A stretch of 64,000 nucleotides of DNA, from IMG/VR virus record IMGVR_UViG_3300008116_000013; one strand, 5' to 3'. Numbering within the stretch: the first letter of the stretch is position 1; every line of letters begins with the position of its first letter. Position numbers and translations under genes: made by a program. Shown one piece after another: positions 8,889-20,700 of this stretch. Under the pieces are notes generated by a model. It worked only from the letters and a program-made list of their open reading frames with translations. It was not told the DNA's origin and made no database searches. This DNA comes from an uncultured virus (IMG/VR IMGVR_UViG_3300008116_000013) (lineage: Duplodnaviria; Heunggongvirae; Uroviricota; Caudoviricetes).

Positions 8889-11800
8889 TATGCTAAAGCA
8901 ATACTTCTTAAATCTTTAAATCTTGGAGAATATGCTTGATTTGTTCCAGACATCACTATTTTAATCGTATAACCAGTAAAACTTCCAAGATTATTAGCGG
9001 TAAATTCATATTCTAAAAATTGGTCATTTAAACTTTCTGGAACAAAAACATCTGGAAGACCATTATTATTTGCTGGATTTATAATATCTAAATAACCATC
9101 TTGATTGTTATCCACTGTTAGATTGTTGTATCCAGGAAATAAATCAAATGAAGGTGTTATTTCACTTGAATCTGGACGTATCAAACTATATAATACTCTA
9201 AAGTCTGCTGAAGAGTGTCTATAAGCACTTACAATCACTTTGAGCGCAGATGCTGGTTGTGCTAGTCTTATTGTGTTAGAAACGTAAACAGCAGCGTGTG
9301 GATCCTCTATTATATTATTAGATCCATTTTCTCCAGCATAATCTTGAATTGGTTTATTTAATCTATTGCTTAATAGCTCTACAGAAGATTCTTTCCAGAA
9401 AACTAATGGGGAAAGATTTGAATCTGTGGTAGATAAATCAACCTTCATGGTAAATGATTTATTTCTCAAGAATGATGGTGTATTCAAATATTGTAATTCG
9501 TTTACATTTGAACATACAATTCTAGTAGAAGATAGTTTATTTTCAACTCCAAGTTGTACGTTTTCATAAGTTTGGTCAATAAATGATGATTCATTACCAT
9601 CAACGCTAGTTCCACTAACTGTTCTAATTTGACCAGTTACTGATGTAGAAGAACCGGGATTTAAAATTGCAAGATGTGGAGTTATACTATTAAATTGAAT
9701 ATTTTCAGTTGCCTTCACAATGTTTCCACCACACGATAATTCACCATTGAATGAAAGTTGTGGAAATCCTGTTGGGGAATTATCTGAATTTCTATTGATT
9801 GCATTTGAGTCAAAATTTGTTCTATCTACTTCAACATAATAAGTATCAATATCATTTTTACTATCACTTATTGTATGTGTTTTGTTTATTCTTCTTAGAG
9901 ATACTCCTCCAAGTTCATACTTATATACTAATGAATTTATATTATGAGTACTGACTAAAGTAGAATCTATGCCTCTTCCAGTAAGATTGAGAATTCCGAC
10001 TCCAACAGTATATTTCATAATTTCATCATCAATTTTTATATAACCTGGATTGGTAACACCATCGACAGGCATACCTTCAAATGTTGAGAAATTAGATGTC
10101 GAAGCAACGCTAATTGTTACATCTGTTAATGTAACAGGTAAAGTTAATTGAGATGGAGATACATCACTTTCAACATTTGATAGTGAAACTTTATTACCAC
10201 TAGAATACATACCATGATTATAATGATTAACTTTAAAGAAGTTTCCTGAATATACTCCACCTACTGAAGTAGATGAAGTAATTGTAGTATTTGCAAGAGA
10301 AACTAAATTTCCAGAAAAATCATAATATGACAAAGTTGCTATTCCAACGTTAAATGAATTTCCCTGAACATTTGATAAGTATAATGTATCAATACCAGTT
10401 CCTATTCCAGTGATTGTAATACGAGCATTACTTCCTCCAACAGGACTTACTGATGATGTAACAATTCCAACAACATCACCAACCTTGTAACCATTTCCTG
10501 GATATGGTGTAGATACAGCAACTCCAGTTATAACTCCACCAGAAGCAATAATGTTCAATCTCAAACCACTTCCATTTCCGGTAATATTATAAGTTTGAAC
10601 TCCAGGCGTTGTAGTATAATTAAATCCTCCCGTAGTTAATCCAACAGAAGTAACAGAACTTCCAGTTCCAACAACATAACCATAATTATATGTTGCAGAT
10701 TGAACAGAAATTTTTCTACCACTTGTTAATATTCCAATTATACTAGAGTCGGTAATTGTAGTTATGCCTAAATTAACTTTTCTAGGTAAAATTGTTATTG
10801 GATTTGAACTTAATGTTGGAACATAACTATTACTTTGATCTAATGTTGGATTTTGAAATAATATGCTACCAATTTTTGATGTGAAATTTGCTTTGTATAA
10901 TTTAAATTTCAGATCCTGATAATCATTTGGAGTCCACTCTCCACCATTTTGAGATTTATACAATCTACCAATTGCAAATTGTCTAGAATATCTTACTGCT
11001 TGAGAATCGGGCAGAGTCCTAGTTTCTATGGTCTTCTCTCCCATTTCTGCAATCCAAACTTCATACTCATCACTCTGAGGGGCAAGGAGGACAATTGCAT
11101 ATTGCAATCCTGCTTCTAGATAAATTGGATATTCAAAAGTAACTCTTGTAGGTATAGATGCATTTGTAGATGTATTAATATCACTTGGCCTTAAAGTTAC
11201 TGATTTTCCAACAATAGTTCTTGTAGGAGTACCTAATTCTACGGTTCTTACTTCAACTGTTAATGGAGCATTTCCACTATCTTTATTTGCAAAAAACAAA
11301 TCAACTGCAGTTAAATAAGCTCCGTTAGCATCATCATTTGGTTTTAAACCATTTCCAGATTCTGCTACTCCACCAACAGTAAAAGATTGAGCAAGAGGAT
11401 CAACATAATAAATTGATGTTGTAGTTGTTATAACTCTTTGTCTTTCTTCCCAAGTTCCTTCAGATTTATAAATGGTTTCTGCTGAAGAAATTAAAGTGCT
11501 TCCTGGTAATGGAATTTGATTTGTTGAACTTGATGATAATTTATAAACCTTTGAACCAGTTGTTATTCTGACTGATGGTGGTGGAGTTGTATTTGGATCT
11601 TTTAAGAAGAAAGATCCTGATAAAAATCCATTAACATCAGTGATTAATCTTAGATCTTTTACATATGCTTCTGCACCACTAGTTTGTCCAACTAATTTCA
11701 TACCAATATCCAAGTATCCAGAATATAATCCCTGAGTTTGGGCACATAAAGATGAGATATCAATATTCAAAGTTTTTGATGATGCACTATATGCTGAAGG

Positions 11801-14800
11801 AATAGTTTCTGAAATTGCGTATGGATTGGTTGTATATGTAATTGATGGATTGTTAAATGCACCTTCTTTATGATTTGACGATGCAACTCTGAATGAAATT
11901 GCTTGTTTTAGTGTTCCAGAACTTGAATTTGTCCATCCAATTACAGTTTCTCCAACTTGGAAAGCAGCGGAAGATCCATAATTTTGAAGATTACTATCAG
12001 TGGAAATTTCAACAAGTTTTGGAATAAATTGAACACCACTATTTCCATCTAAAAATTGATAAACTCTAGTTAGTGGTTTCATGTTTACCGCAGTGAATCC
12101 AGTGTTTCTGGATCTCATATAAAGTTCTGCCCCAGTATTTCTTAGTACATCTTCAACATTTCTATTAACTGATGATCCAACAACTCTAAAAGTTCCGGTT
12201 GCTCTTAACCAAATCCAATTTGTTTGATTGATGTTAACATCTTCTAATCTAATTGTTCTGACCCAACTATCACTGGATGGATTTAATTTGATAGTTCCAC
12301 TATAAGAAATAACGTTAAACGGATTTACATTTTCCACCTTTGTAGCAAATGTTTGTTCAATCCAATCTATCTGTTGATATTTTAATGTAATAGCATCGCC
12401 ACTTTTTTGAACATTCGAATCATATAATTCAAAATTAGTTTCTAGATCTAAATTTTGATCTGTAACATTTTGAGATGGGACAGGTCTAAGATTTAAACTA
12501 TTTTTTGATATTCTTGTGATTAATTCATCATTATCACTATCAATTTCAATCTTTGATAGTTGAGTATTAATCAGACTAGTATCCTTAAAATCGTCTACAA
12601 AAAATCCCGTTTTAAATCTGTTGAGACCCTGTGCATCTTGTATTTGTAATGTTTGAGTATTAATCTCAAGTAAAGATAATGATGTTACTCTTTCTAGATT
12701 TTCAACTCTATCTTCAATTTTGCCAATATCCCGCATAGTATATCTTCTATTATCTGCTAAAGATACTAATGCATCTTTAGGATTATAAAGATATGGTGGC
12801 AATGTAATAGTAGCAATTTCCATTACATCATTTGGTTTATTTGGTTCTTTTGGTGTAATTGATGGTATCCCCTTAAGAACGGTAAATACTCCAAATTTAT
12901 CCAGATATAGCTTATCAATTCTTCCAAGATAATATTGATAACCAATTACTGCACTTTCATTTGGAGACATAATAATCTTTGGTTCTATTCCAAAAGATCT
13001 AGAAGCAAAATCAAATGGTGATGAAGTTATTGATGTAAATGGCGATACTCTTGGTCTAAAGTCCAAAGTATCAGATGCTCTTATGTTACTTTTATCAATA
13101 TATGGAATATCTGAAGAAAATCTTTCTGCAGCATAACTATTAACAGTAAATACATCTCCAGTATCATTAGATGGAACTGAATAATGGTCAAATACTATTA
13201 AAAGTTGTTTAGAAGGAGGTGATTCTTCATTTCTTCTTACAATTCTTGAATAATCATAATATTGCTCTTTTTGTCCCTTATCTAAAGTATACTTTGAAGT
13301 AATATTTCTGTAAGTGCCAATTATAATCGATGAAATATTTGTATTAATATTTGATTCTTCAAAAGTTACAATTTCATTAGTTACAAATTTACTATCATTT
13401 AAATAAACAATTCCTAATGTATTTGCTGCTGGTTTTGATACTATTCTCGCTATTGCATCGCTAGTTCTGCCTATAATATTTTCCCCAATAATTGCATTAG
13501 TATCGACATTTGCAATTGAACTAAATGTAAGTCTATCTAATGAAGGTGAATTTGCATCTAAAGACTCATATATTGCAATAACTTTGACAACATCAGGATA
13601 ATTTAAACTTATTTCTTCATCTTGAATGCGTAAACCATAGTAAGGATTATAAGTAAGTCCATCATTAATTGATGTATTAACACCAACTCCAGATCTAGGA
13701 TCTTTTGATAATGTTACACTAATAGTTTGTGATCTGTTAAATTGTTTTATCTTACTTTGAATTTTATTTTTTACAAAAGTTGCATTGATTACTGAAATAT
13801 TTTTGTTTTGAATATTTGAAAATGTAATTTGATTTGATCCTGCATTTAAAGTAACTTTGTCAGAAGTTAATGATTCAATACTTCCATCTTCATAAAAAAT
13901 AGAATATCTTTCTTCATCAAAAACCTGAAATTGTGCAGTTGTTGAATTAATTCCTAAATTAAATTTTCCAGTATCTACAGTTAATGTACTGGCAGATATT
14001 CCAGTAAATGATGTATTAGATTGTGCAGTAAAAGTAATTGTAGATGTGCTTAAGTCTGTTGAAGAAATGTTAGAGTTTGGTATCTGAGCATATAAAAATC
14101 CTTGCTGATCATTTTTAATTTTAGATAAACCAATAGAATATGGAACGCTAATCGTTAGACCTATACCAGGAAGAGATCCATCGCAAACTCCAGAAATAGT
14201 TGGAACAGCTTCCAACGTCATTGAATTTAAAGCAGGAGAAATTGAAACTACGCGATTATAAATCTCTGTAGATATTCCAGGTCTCTGATATCTAATAATA
14301 TTATCAGTTTTTATTCCACTAAAAGTTGCTGGTGCTGCTACAGTTGCTGTACTAATTCCATTTCCAGCAGCAGTAATTGTAATAATCTCTGATCGTAATC
14401 CTCTATCTAATTGAGTATCACATATAAATGCTGTTGTAAATCCTGAAACAGAAGTTGGTTGATGGATAGACTTTACATCTTCAATTTCAAATGTTTTTAC
14501 TGCAGCAATTGTCCTTGAAATATTATCTGAACCATTTATTAAAATTTGTTCTCCTATTGAAAAAGTTCCGGATGTTTGGCGAATGTTAATTAGATTTGTT
14601 CCTGATCCAGCAGAAACTGTATACCCACTTGCCCCGCTGCTTTTACCTTTGATAAAAGAAGTCGCTGGAATTTCTATAGACGAGACTGATTGATTTAATC
14701 TAAGTTCTGTATATGTTTGAATGTCATACAAATACAAATCCCAGTTTGTAGATGCTCCACTATATGCAGCATCTGTTACATTAAAACTATAAACTCTTGC

Positions 14801-16114
14801 AGATCCAATTGTTGTCCCAGCAGCAACTATATTTCCCGAATTACCAATACTACTTTTTCTACGATTCTGAAAGAATATTTCTTGCCTTTGTTCTGGCGAT
14901 CCACTTACATTATTAACTCTTAACAAATTTCCCATTTCAAATGGAATATTTGCAGAAGAAACAGATTGTTTTGTTCTTGGTTTTTCTACATCTATAATTT
15001 CAATACCAGTTTTTTCAATATCATATCCTCTAACATACGCTTTACCTGGAGAAAACTTAACACACATCAAATCATCTGATGGTGTTGCATCCTGATCTGT
15101 TTTTTCTGTTGCGAAAAATAATCCATCATTTCCTAATCTATCATTTAGCGAATTATTTAATGAAAATTGAAATGGATTAACAACATAATCCCCAGATTCA
15201 TCATATGTTCTCTGGGCTAAGTAATCTTTAATTAATGAGTAACTTGATTTTATTTCTATTTTCTTGATTGCACCATCTTTTACTCTTAGTAATTCAATAA
15301 AATCAGTATCATTAGTATCTGTTAGTAGTTTTTTAGATAGTGTTGTAGAAATTTTAAATCTATCTGCTCCAGGAGCAGCGTAATTTGTAAAACCTTTTGC
15401 ATTGTCATATAATGCAGAATCATCTTTAGCGGTAATAATTTGTTCAGTTACTTTTAGACCAACTCTATAAGATGGAGTATTGGTGTAATAGTCTAAAATT
15501 ATTGTTTGCTTTGGAACTCTTACAAAAGTGCCTCTAATAAAATATACACCATCATTAATTGATACTGCAGATCCAGTTACAGTTGCATTTGAAGAAATGG
15601 TCGTAGCAAAAGGTGTATTTGCTATTATTGATCCTACATTTTCAGATGCAGTTAATAATTCATTATCACTAAAAGGATTAATTTCAAAATTTGAATCAGA
15701 ATTTAAATATTTTACATAAAGAGTTGGGTATTCAACATCAGAATTAGGAAGTTGAACTAATTGAACTACCGCTGTAACACCTGATATTTGACCTGTTATC
15801 TTTTTACCAACAAAATTTGACAAATAAGAAGTTAAATTAACTCCATATTGTTGTGTATTTAATTTTACTGCAGTAAATTGATCATCAAAGGTAATATTTC
15901 CTGGAATAACCAAAGATCCTTCTTTGAAAATATGACTCCCAAAAGTTTCTACTTGATCTTGTAATATAGATTGAAGAGTATTTAACTCTCGTGCTTGTAT
16001 TGGTTTGCCTGGATTAAAAAGAACTTTATAATAATTTTTATCTCTTGCACCGATATTTTGTTCGGCAAAGTCATCAAAATATGGACTTACATTGAGATTA
16101 GTTTTTTGAGCCAT
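8888..16114 (-). CDS. Large virion structural protein (VrlC/DUF4815-like), 2408 aa
   Basis: NLNVSPYFDDF...YYKVLFNPG.PIQARELNTLQSILQ...APGADRFK...RTYDESGDY...RFKTGFFVDDF...DPLAQSF motifs. Confidence 0.85.
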   Translation of the reverse strand: MAQKTNLNVSPYFDDFAEQNIGARDKNYYKVLFNPGKPIQARELNTLQSILQDQVETFGSHIFKEGSLVIPGNITFDDQFTAVKLNTQQYGVNLTSYLSNFVGKKITGQISGVTAVVQLVQLPNSDVEYPTLYVKYLNSDSNFEINPFSDNELLTASENVGSIIANTPFATTISSNATVTGSAVSINDGVYFIRGTFVRVPKQTIILDYYTNTPSYRVGLKVTEQIITAKDDSALYDNAKGFTNYAAPGADRFKISTTLSKKLLTDTNDTDFIELLRVKDGAIKKIEIKSSYSLIKDYLAQRTYDESGDYVVNPFQFSLNNSLNDRLGNDGLFFATEKTDQDATPSDDLMCVKFSPGKAYVRGYDIEKTGIEIIDVEKPRTKQSVSSANIPFEMGNLLRVNNVSGSPEQRQEIFFQNRRKSSIGNSGNIVAAGTTIGSARVYSFNVTDAAYSGASTNWDLYLYDIQTYTELRLNQSVSSIEIPATSFIKGKSSGASGYTVSAGSGTNLINIRQTSGTFSIGEQILINGSDNISRTIAAVKTFEIEDVKSIHQPTSVSGFTTAFICDTQLDRGLRSEIITITAAGNGISTATVAAPATFSGIKTDNIIRYQRPGISTEIYNRVVSISPALNSMTLEAVPTISGVCDGSLPGIGLTISVPYSIGLSKIKNDQQGFLYAQIPNSNISSTDLSTSTITFTAQSNTSFTGISASTLTVDTGKFNLGINSTTAQFQVFDEERYSIFYEDGSIESLTSDKVTLNAGSNQITFSNIQNKNISVINATFVKNKIQSKIKQFNRSQTISVTLSKDPRSGVGVNTSINDGLTYNPYYGLRIQDEEISLNYPDVVKVIAIYESLDANSPSLDRLTFSSIANVDTNAIIGENIIGRTSDAIARIVSKPAANTLGIVYLNDSKFVTNEIVTFEESNINTNISSIIIGTYRNITSKYTLDKGQKEQYYDYSRIVRRNEESPPSKQLLIVFDHYSVPSNDTGDVFTVNSYAAERFSSDIPYIDKSNIRASDTLDFRPRVSPFTSITSSPFDFASRSFGIEPKIIMSPNESAVIGYQYYLGRIDKLYLDKFGVFTVLKGIPSITPKEPNKPNDVMEIATITLPPYLYNPKDALVSLADNRRYTMRDIGKIEDRVENLERVTSLSLLEINTQTLQIQDAQGLNRFKTGFFVDDFKDTSLINTQLSKIEIDSDNDELITRISKNSLNLRPVPSQNVTDQNLDLETNFELYDSNVQKSGDAITLKYQQIDWIEQTFATKVENVNPFNVISYSGTIKLNPSSDSWVRTIRLEDVNINQTNWIWLRATGTFRVVGSSVNRNVEDVLRNTGAELYMRSRNTGFTAVNMKPLTRVYQFLDGNSGVQFIPKLVEISTDSNLQNYGSSAAFQVGETVIGWTNSSSGTLKQAISFRVASSNHKEGAFNNPSITYTTNPYAISETIPSAYSASSKTLNIDISSLCAQTQGLYSGYLDIGMKLVGQTSGAEAYVKDLRLITDVNGFLSGSFFLKDPNTTPPPSVRITTGSKVYKLSSSSTNQIPLPGSTLISSAETIYKSEGTWEERQRVITTTTSIYYVDPLAQSFTVGGVAESGNGLKPNDDANGAYLTAVDLFFANKDSGNAPLTVEVRTVELGTPTRTIVGKSVTLRPSDINTSTNASIPTRVTFEYPIYLEAGLQYAIVLLAPQSDEYEVWIAEMGEKTIETRTLPDSQAVRYSRQFAIGRLYKSQNGGEWTPNDYQDLKFKLYKANFTSKIGSILFQNPTLDQSNSYVPTLSSNPITILPRKVNLGITTITDSSIIGILTSGRKISVQSATYNYGYVVGTGSSVTSVGLTTGGFNYTTTPGVQTYNITGNGSGLRLNIIASGGVITGVAVSTPYPGNGYKVGDVVGIVTSSVSPVGGSNARITITGIGTGIDTLYLSNVQGNSFNVGIATLSYYDFSGNLVSLANTTITSSTSVGGVYSGNFFKVNHYNHGMYSSGNKVSLSNVESDVSPSQLTLPVTLTDVTISVASTSNFSTFEGMPVDGVTNPGYIKIDDEIMKYTVGVGILNLTGRGIDSTLVSTHNINSLVYKYELGGVSLRRINKTHTISDSKNDIDTYYVEVDRTNFDSNAINRNSDNSPTGFPQLSFNGELSCGGNIVKATENIQFNSITPHLAILNPGSSTSVTGQIRTVSGTSVDGNESSFIDQTYENVQLGVENKLSSTRIVCSNVNELQYLNTPSFLRNKSFTMKVDLSTTDSNLSPLVFWKESSVELLSNRLNKPIQDYAGENGSNNIIEDPHAAVYVSNTIRLAQPASALKVIVSAYRHSSADFRVLYSLIRPDSSEITPSFDLFPGYNNLTVDNNQDGYLDIINPANNNGLPDVFVPESLNDQFLEYEFTANNLGSFTGYTIKIVMSGTNQAYSPRFKDLRSIALA

Positions 16115-16117
16115 CTT

Positions 16118-17692
16118 TTAAAATTCCAGGATAATTTTAACGTCTTCTTTTTGTCTAGAATTTCGAGAAACTGTTGATCTATTATCAATATAAATTATAT
16201 CTCCCGACTTATTATTTATCTCTGGATTTGCAAGTCCATTAGTAAATTCAACTCCAAGATTTATAACTTTATTTGAAATAGTTGTAGTTATTCCAGAAAA
16301 TCCACTAATTGTTCCATTCCATCCACTGGGGAATTTATTGACACTTGTAATTGTATTAAATCCAACTGATTTTCCGGAAGAATTGAAAAACGTAGACATG
16401 CCTACAAAATCAGTATGTCCAATTCCACCGCCACCACTAAAATATATAGATCTATCCGAATAATATTTCAAAACATTTGTTTCAGAGTCATAAGAAACAA
16501 CATAACCTAATGCTTTTTTTCCATCCGATTGAATTTGCTGTATCTTATCACCTACTGCTGGTGTTCCACCAGTAATAGAACTAAATCTCATAGAATAAAC
16601 ACCAGAAAAATCACTTTGAGTATAAACTGAAGTGTTTATCCCTGTTGAATCAAATACAGTTGGATTCTTTATGATTCCAACTTGAGAAAATTTAGAATCT
16701 ACTGGAAAATCTTTTGTTGAATCATCAAACCTTGCATAGATTAAAATTTTATCTGCACCAAGTTCTTTATATAAATCAAATCCATGACCCTTTGAAGGTG
16801 GGATGATTGGAATTAATTCTGCAAAAACTCCATCATTTCCAAGAGCACCTTGTTGAGTTGCTAAATCAACTAAAGCAAAAGTATAATTTTTTCCACCAGA
16901 TGTAACAGTAACATCTGTAATTTTAGTTGATGCGTCTACAGTGACTAAAACTGTTCCATTAGATCCATCACCAACTAAATTGCAAGATCTAGTTCCTGAA
17001 GCATATCCAAGACCTTGATTTTTAATATAAACTTTTTTAATCTGATTTTCGTTAAGATCAGAATTTCCATTTTCTCTTACTGATACAATTTGAGAATTAG
17101 TGGAAGTTTGCCAATCATTAGGAAGAGTTATATACTCTGTTGAATCGAACTTAATAATGTCTGATGGGGAAATTGTGTAAAGATATTTCCAAGAATATCC
17201 ATCACTTAATTGTGTTGGTTCTAAATCTGTAAAAGTTGGTTCTATTTGAGAAGCATTCCCTGTACTATTAATTCCAGAAGAACCATTGTCAATGCAAATA
17301 TAAATTCTATAATCAGAATTTATAACATAATAATTTGTATCATATAATCTTAAAGAACCTGCTACTGGAGAACGATTTAAATCACTATAATCTGGGCGAT
17401 ACATCTCATATTTTTGTCCAGAATTCCAATCAACTTTTCTAATTACTCTTCTTATATTTGCACTTGTTATTTTTTTACCAAATAGAATAGTTGAATTATA
17501 ATGATTTAAATAATCAATATTATCAGTTGGATTTGGTGGTATAGTATCCCAAGTAGCACTTCTTCCAAATCCAGATGCTGTTGGGTTGGATAATCCAACA
17601 AAAACATAATAAGAATTTGAAGAGTCGTTAACAGAATCTACAAAATTAGATGCATTAAGTATTCTAAACTGATCTGTTACAATTGCAGGCAT
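16118..17692 (-). CDS. gp8: Baseplate wedge subunit gp8
   Basis: MPAIVTDQFRILNA...YRIYICIDNG...DGYSWKYLYTI...SGDIIYIDNR...QKEDVKIILEF. Confidence 0.92.
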   Translation of the reverse strand: MPAIVTDQFRILNASNFVDSVNDSSNSYYVFVGLSNPTASGFGRSATWDTIPPNPTDNIDYLNHYNSTILFGKKITSANIRRVIRKVDWNSGQKYEMYRPDYSDLNRSPVAGSLRLYDTNYYVINSDYRIYICIDNGSSGINSTGNASQIEPTFTDLEPTQLSDGYSWKYLYTISPSDIIKFDSTEYITLPNDWQTSTNSQIVSVRENGNSDLNENQIKKVYIKNQGLGYASGTRSCNLVGDGSNGTVLVTVDASTKITDVTVTSGGKNYTFALVDLATQQGALGNDGVFAELIPIIPPSKGHGFDLYKELGADKILIYARFDDSTKDFPVDSKFSQVGIIKNPTVFDSTGINTSVYTQSDFSGVYSMRFSSITGGTPAVGDKIQQIQSDGKKALGYVVSYDSETNVLKYYSDRSIYFSGGGGIGHTDFVGMSTFFNSSGKSVGFNTITSVNKFPSGWNGTISGFSGITTTISNKVINLGVEFTNGLANPEINNKSGDIIYIDNRSTVSRNSRQKEDVKIILEF

Positions 17693-17711
17693 TTGAATAT
17701 TGTTTTTTCTA

Positions 17712-17719
17712 TATTTATA
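17712..17719 (-). promoter_or_regulatory. T4-type late promoter TATAAATA
   Basis: Exact consensus upstream of the gp8 ATG. Variants (nTAAATA) occur at about 557-564, 3977-3983, 32463-32469, 32779-32785, 33143-33149, 44915-44921, 45433-45439, 52601-52607 and 54293-54300. Confidence 0.85.
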
Positions 17720-17724
17720 CTATG

Positions 17725-20700
17725 TTATAGATCCTTTTTAATTGCACCAGTATTTCTTAATCCATAATTTCTTCTTTGGATGGTTGGGAACGTGGTTAAT
17801 CCTGAATTAACCGTAAATCCAGAAATACCAATTGAAATTGGAGTTAACGATCTTGTTAGTGAAGATAATTTACCCCAAGAAAACTTACCAACATTATCAC
17901 CCGTAGTTGCAATTCCAACTATTGAAGTTTGAGAATGAATATTACATGTAACCACACCCGCAGAAATTGCACTTATTCGGTAAATGTTATCTACGCATAT
18001 AGTACCAATCCCGATCACATCAGTATTTGAATTTATAATAGAAGTAACACCATTTCCAACTATTGTATCATAAACAAAAATATAATCACCAATAGAGAGA
18101 GATGGTACTAATGAATCAAAGTTTTGTGCAGTAAATCTAAGGGCCAAATCTGTTCCAATACCGACTGTTGTTCCAATACCAGTTAGATTTCCAGATTTAC
18201 CTGCTACTGCGGTAATGTTGGTGATATTTTCATAAGTTGGATCTGGTAAAGGAACAAGAACTTGTGGTGGATTTGACGTTGTATAACCAAATCCCGGATT
18301 ATTAATTGTAACTGCAGATAAAGAACCGTTAACTATACTAATTGATGCATTTGCTGTAGTCCCAATCCCAACACCTATTCTCATTGGAGACGAAATGCTT
18401 ACATTTATAGACGCACCTACATAACCACCACCAGCATTATTAATTGATAATGACTGAATTGTTCCTGCAATAGAAACAACAGCAGTAACAGCAGCAGATA
18501 CTGGATCTGGAGTGCCAGAAATAATTAATGCATTAAAATCTGGAGTTATTTCCGATTCATAGTTAAAGAATTCTGAATTATCGACATATATTGTACCATC
18601 TGTCGATGTCAAGTCTTTAATAATTTTAGCAGTTGGATAAATTTGAGGTTCAATAGAATCTCTAGATTTAGAAATTAATTCACCATCGATGACCTTATCT
18701 ACTTTTTGTTTTGTCCAATTTAGTGGTTTGAAGTTACTAGCATCAATACCTTGAAAACCATATGGTGATGTTTCTATAATATCTGATGTTACTATTCCAG
18801 AAATTACTCTAGAATTTTGTGTAGTTGTAATTCCAGAAAGTAAATTGTTACTTAAAATTTGAATATCATCACCAGGTTTAAGAGTTTCAAAAACTGTTAT
18901 ATATTCACTATCTAAAGAACTTCCCCTATAGAAATAAATTGATATATTATCTTCTACTTTAGGTGGTTCAGTAAATGTAAACGAGGTTCCTCCATTAAAT
19001 TGATATGCAACACCTGGTTGCTGAAGAATTCCATTGATAAAAATTACTAATAATGTATTAAAATCGATTAATTGAGAGTCTTGATCTTTTGAATTTTTCT
19101 CAAAACTTAATAACTGTGAGTTGTAATAAAGTGGGAATCTAACTCTTAGTCCGTCTTGTAAATTTTTAATTGAATCAATGTAATCTAATTCACCAAACTG
19201 CCAAGCAGAGAATGAGTCTGTAAAAGTATCAACAACTGTTAATTTAAATTCCGAAATAGGTGAAGATAAACCATATGCAGTTACAAGTCCAACGACCTTA
19301 ACAACATCTCCAGGTTTAAATCCATATCCATTTCTTACAATTTCAAAATTAGTTACTTCAAAGAGTGTTGATCCAATTCCTGTAGTTGAACATGCACCAA
19401 CATCAACATTTACTAATAATCCTGTTCCACAACTAGTTGTTGTCCCTATTCCTAATCTAGAAACTCCAATTACTGTTAAATTACTATAACTTGGAGCAGA
19501 AACATTAATTGTTGGATTTGTGTATCCACTCCCACCATTAACAATAGTAAATGAAAGAGTTCCTCCAGCACCTACGTTTGCTGAAATTATTGATCCATTA
19601 CCAGTAGAGTCGGTAACCGCTACAGAAACTGGATTTGTATATCCAGATCCCCAATTACCTGTTGTTCCTATTCCAATAGATGTAATTATACCTCCAGAAA
19701 TAATAGATGTAACAGATGCTCCAACTAAAGGAGCATAACCTAATCCAGGAGTTGATCCTAAAGATACAATTACACCACCTCTTGGAAGTTGATTTAAATT
19801 TATATCTGATTCTGAAACTATAAGTGACCCATTTGTTGATGTAATTCCTGAAAATACTATACTACTAACACCAACTACAGTATCCTCAAAAATTCTGAAG
19901 TTATTGTTTATATTATTTTCTGTGGTTGGAGTTTGATAAATTCCATTAATTAAAACAATTCCATTTCCACCTATAGTTCCCAATCCAATAGTGTTTCCTC
20001 CACCAACAGTTAATTTATAAGTCTGTCCTATTCCTGTGAAATTTTCAGAAATGTTATCATAAACTACATTTGAAGTATAATCTTTTCTTAAAAATACTCT
20101 ACCATTAAAGTATGATTTTGCCTCAGGAAGTTCATCAAAATCGACAAGTAATTGATCTTCTAAACTTCCTTGTGGAGGATATGTAAAATAAATAGCACTC
20201 TTTGAAATATTAAAAGATCCTCTATAAACAGACGCAATTCCCGAGTTTGAATGTGAAGTTGCCGAAGATCCAACAAAACCTCTTTTAACGCCAACTAATG
20301 GGAATGTCCCTGCAAAAGAAATTGGTCCGGAGTATGTTGTGCCAAATCCAACATTTTCAACTTTCATATATTCGTTATCAATCTTAAGAATATCTCCAAT
20401 AAGAATTGAAGATATACCACTTAATGCAAAGAATGTAGTTGCTGCACCAATAGAAGTACCATTATTAACGGTATAATTTAATAAAGAGTATGATATTGGA
20501 GATTGAATTATATTATCAATTGTAATAATTGATTTTTCATTTTTCTTGACCATTTCCAATTCATGTGCATTACCAAGACCAACTGAAGTAAATGTTACCG
20601 CTATTCCAGCTGCGGCATATTCTTTTCTGGTTGCTATTTTAAATTTATCATTATTAATTTTAATTGCATATACAACTGGAGGAAGAAGATTGGTAACGAC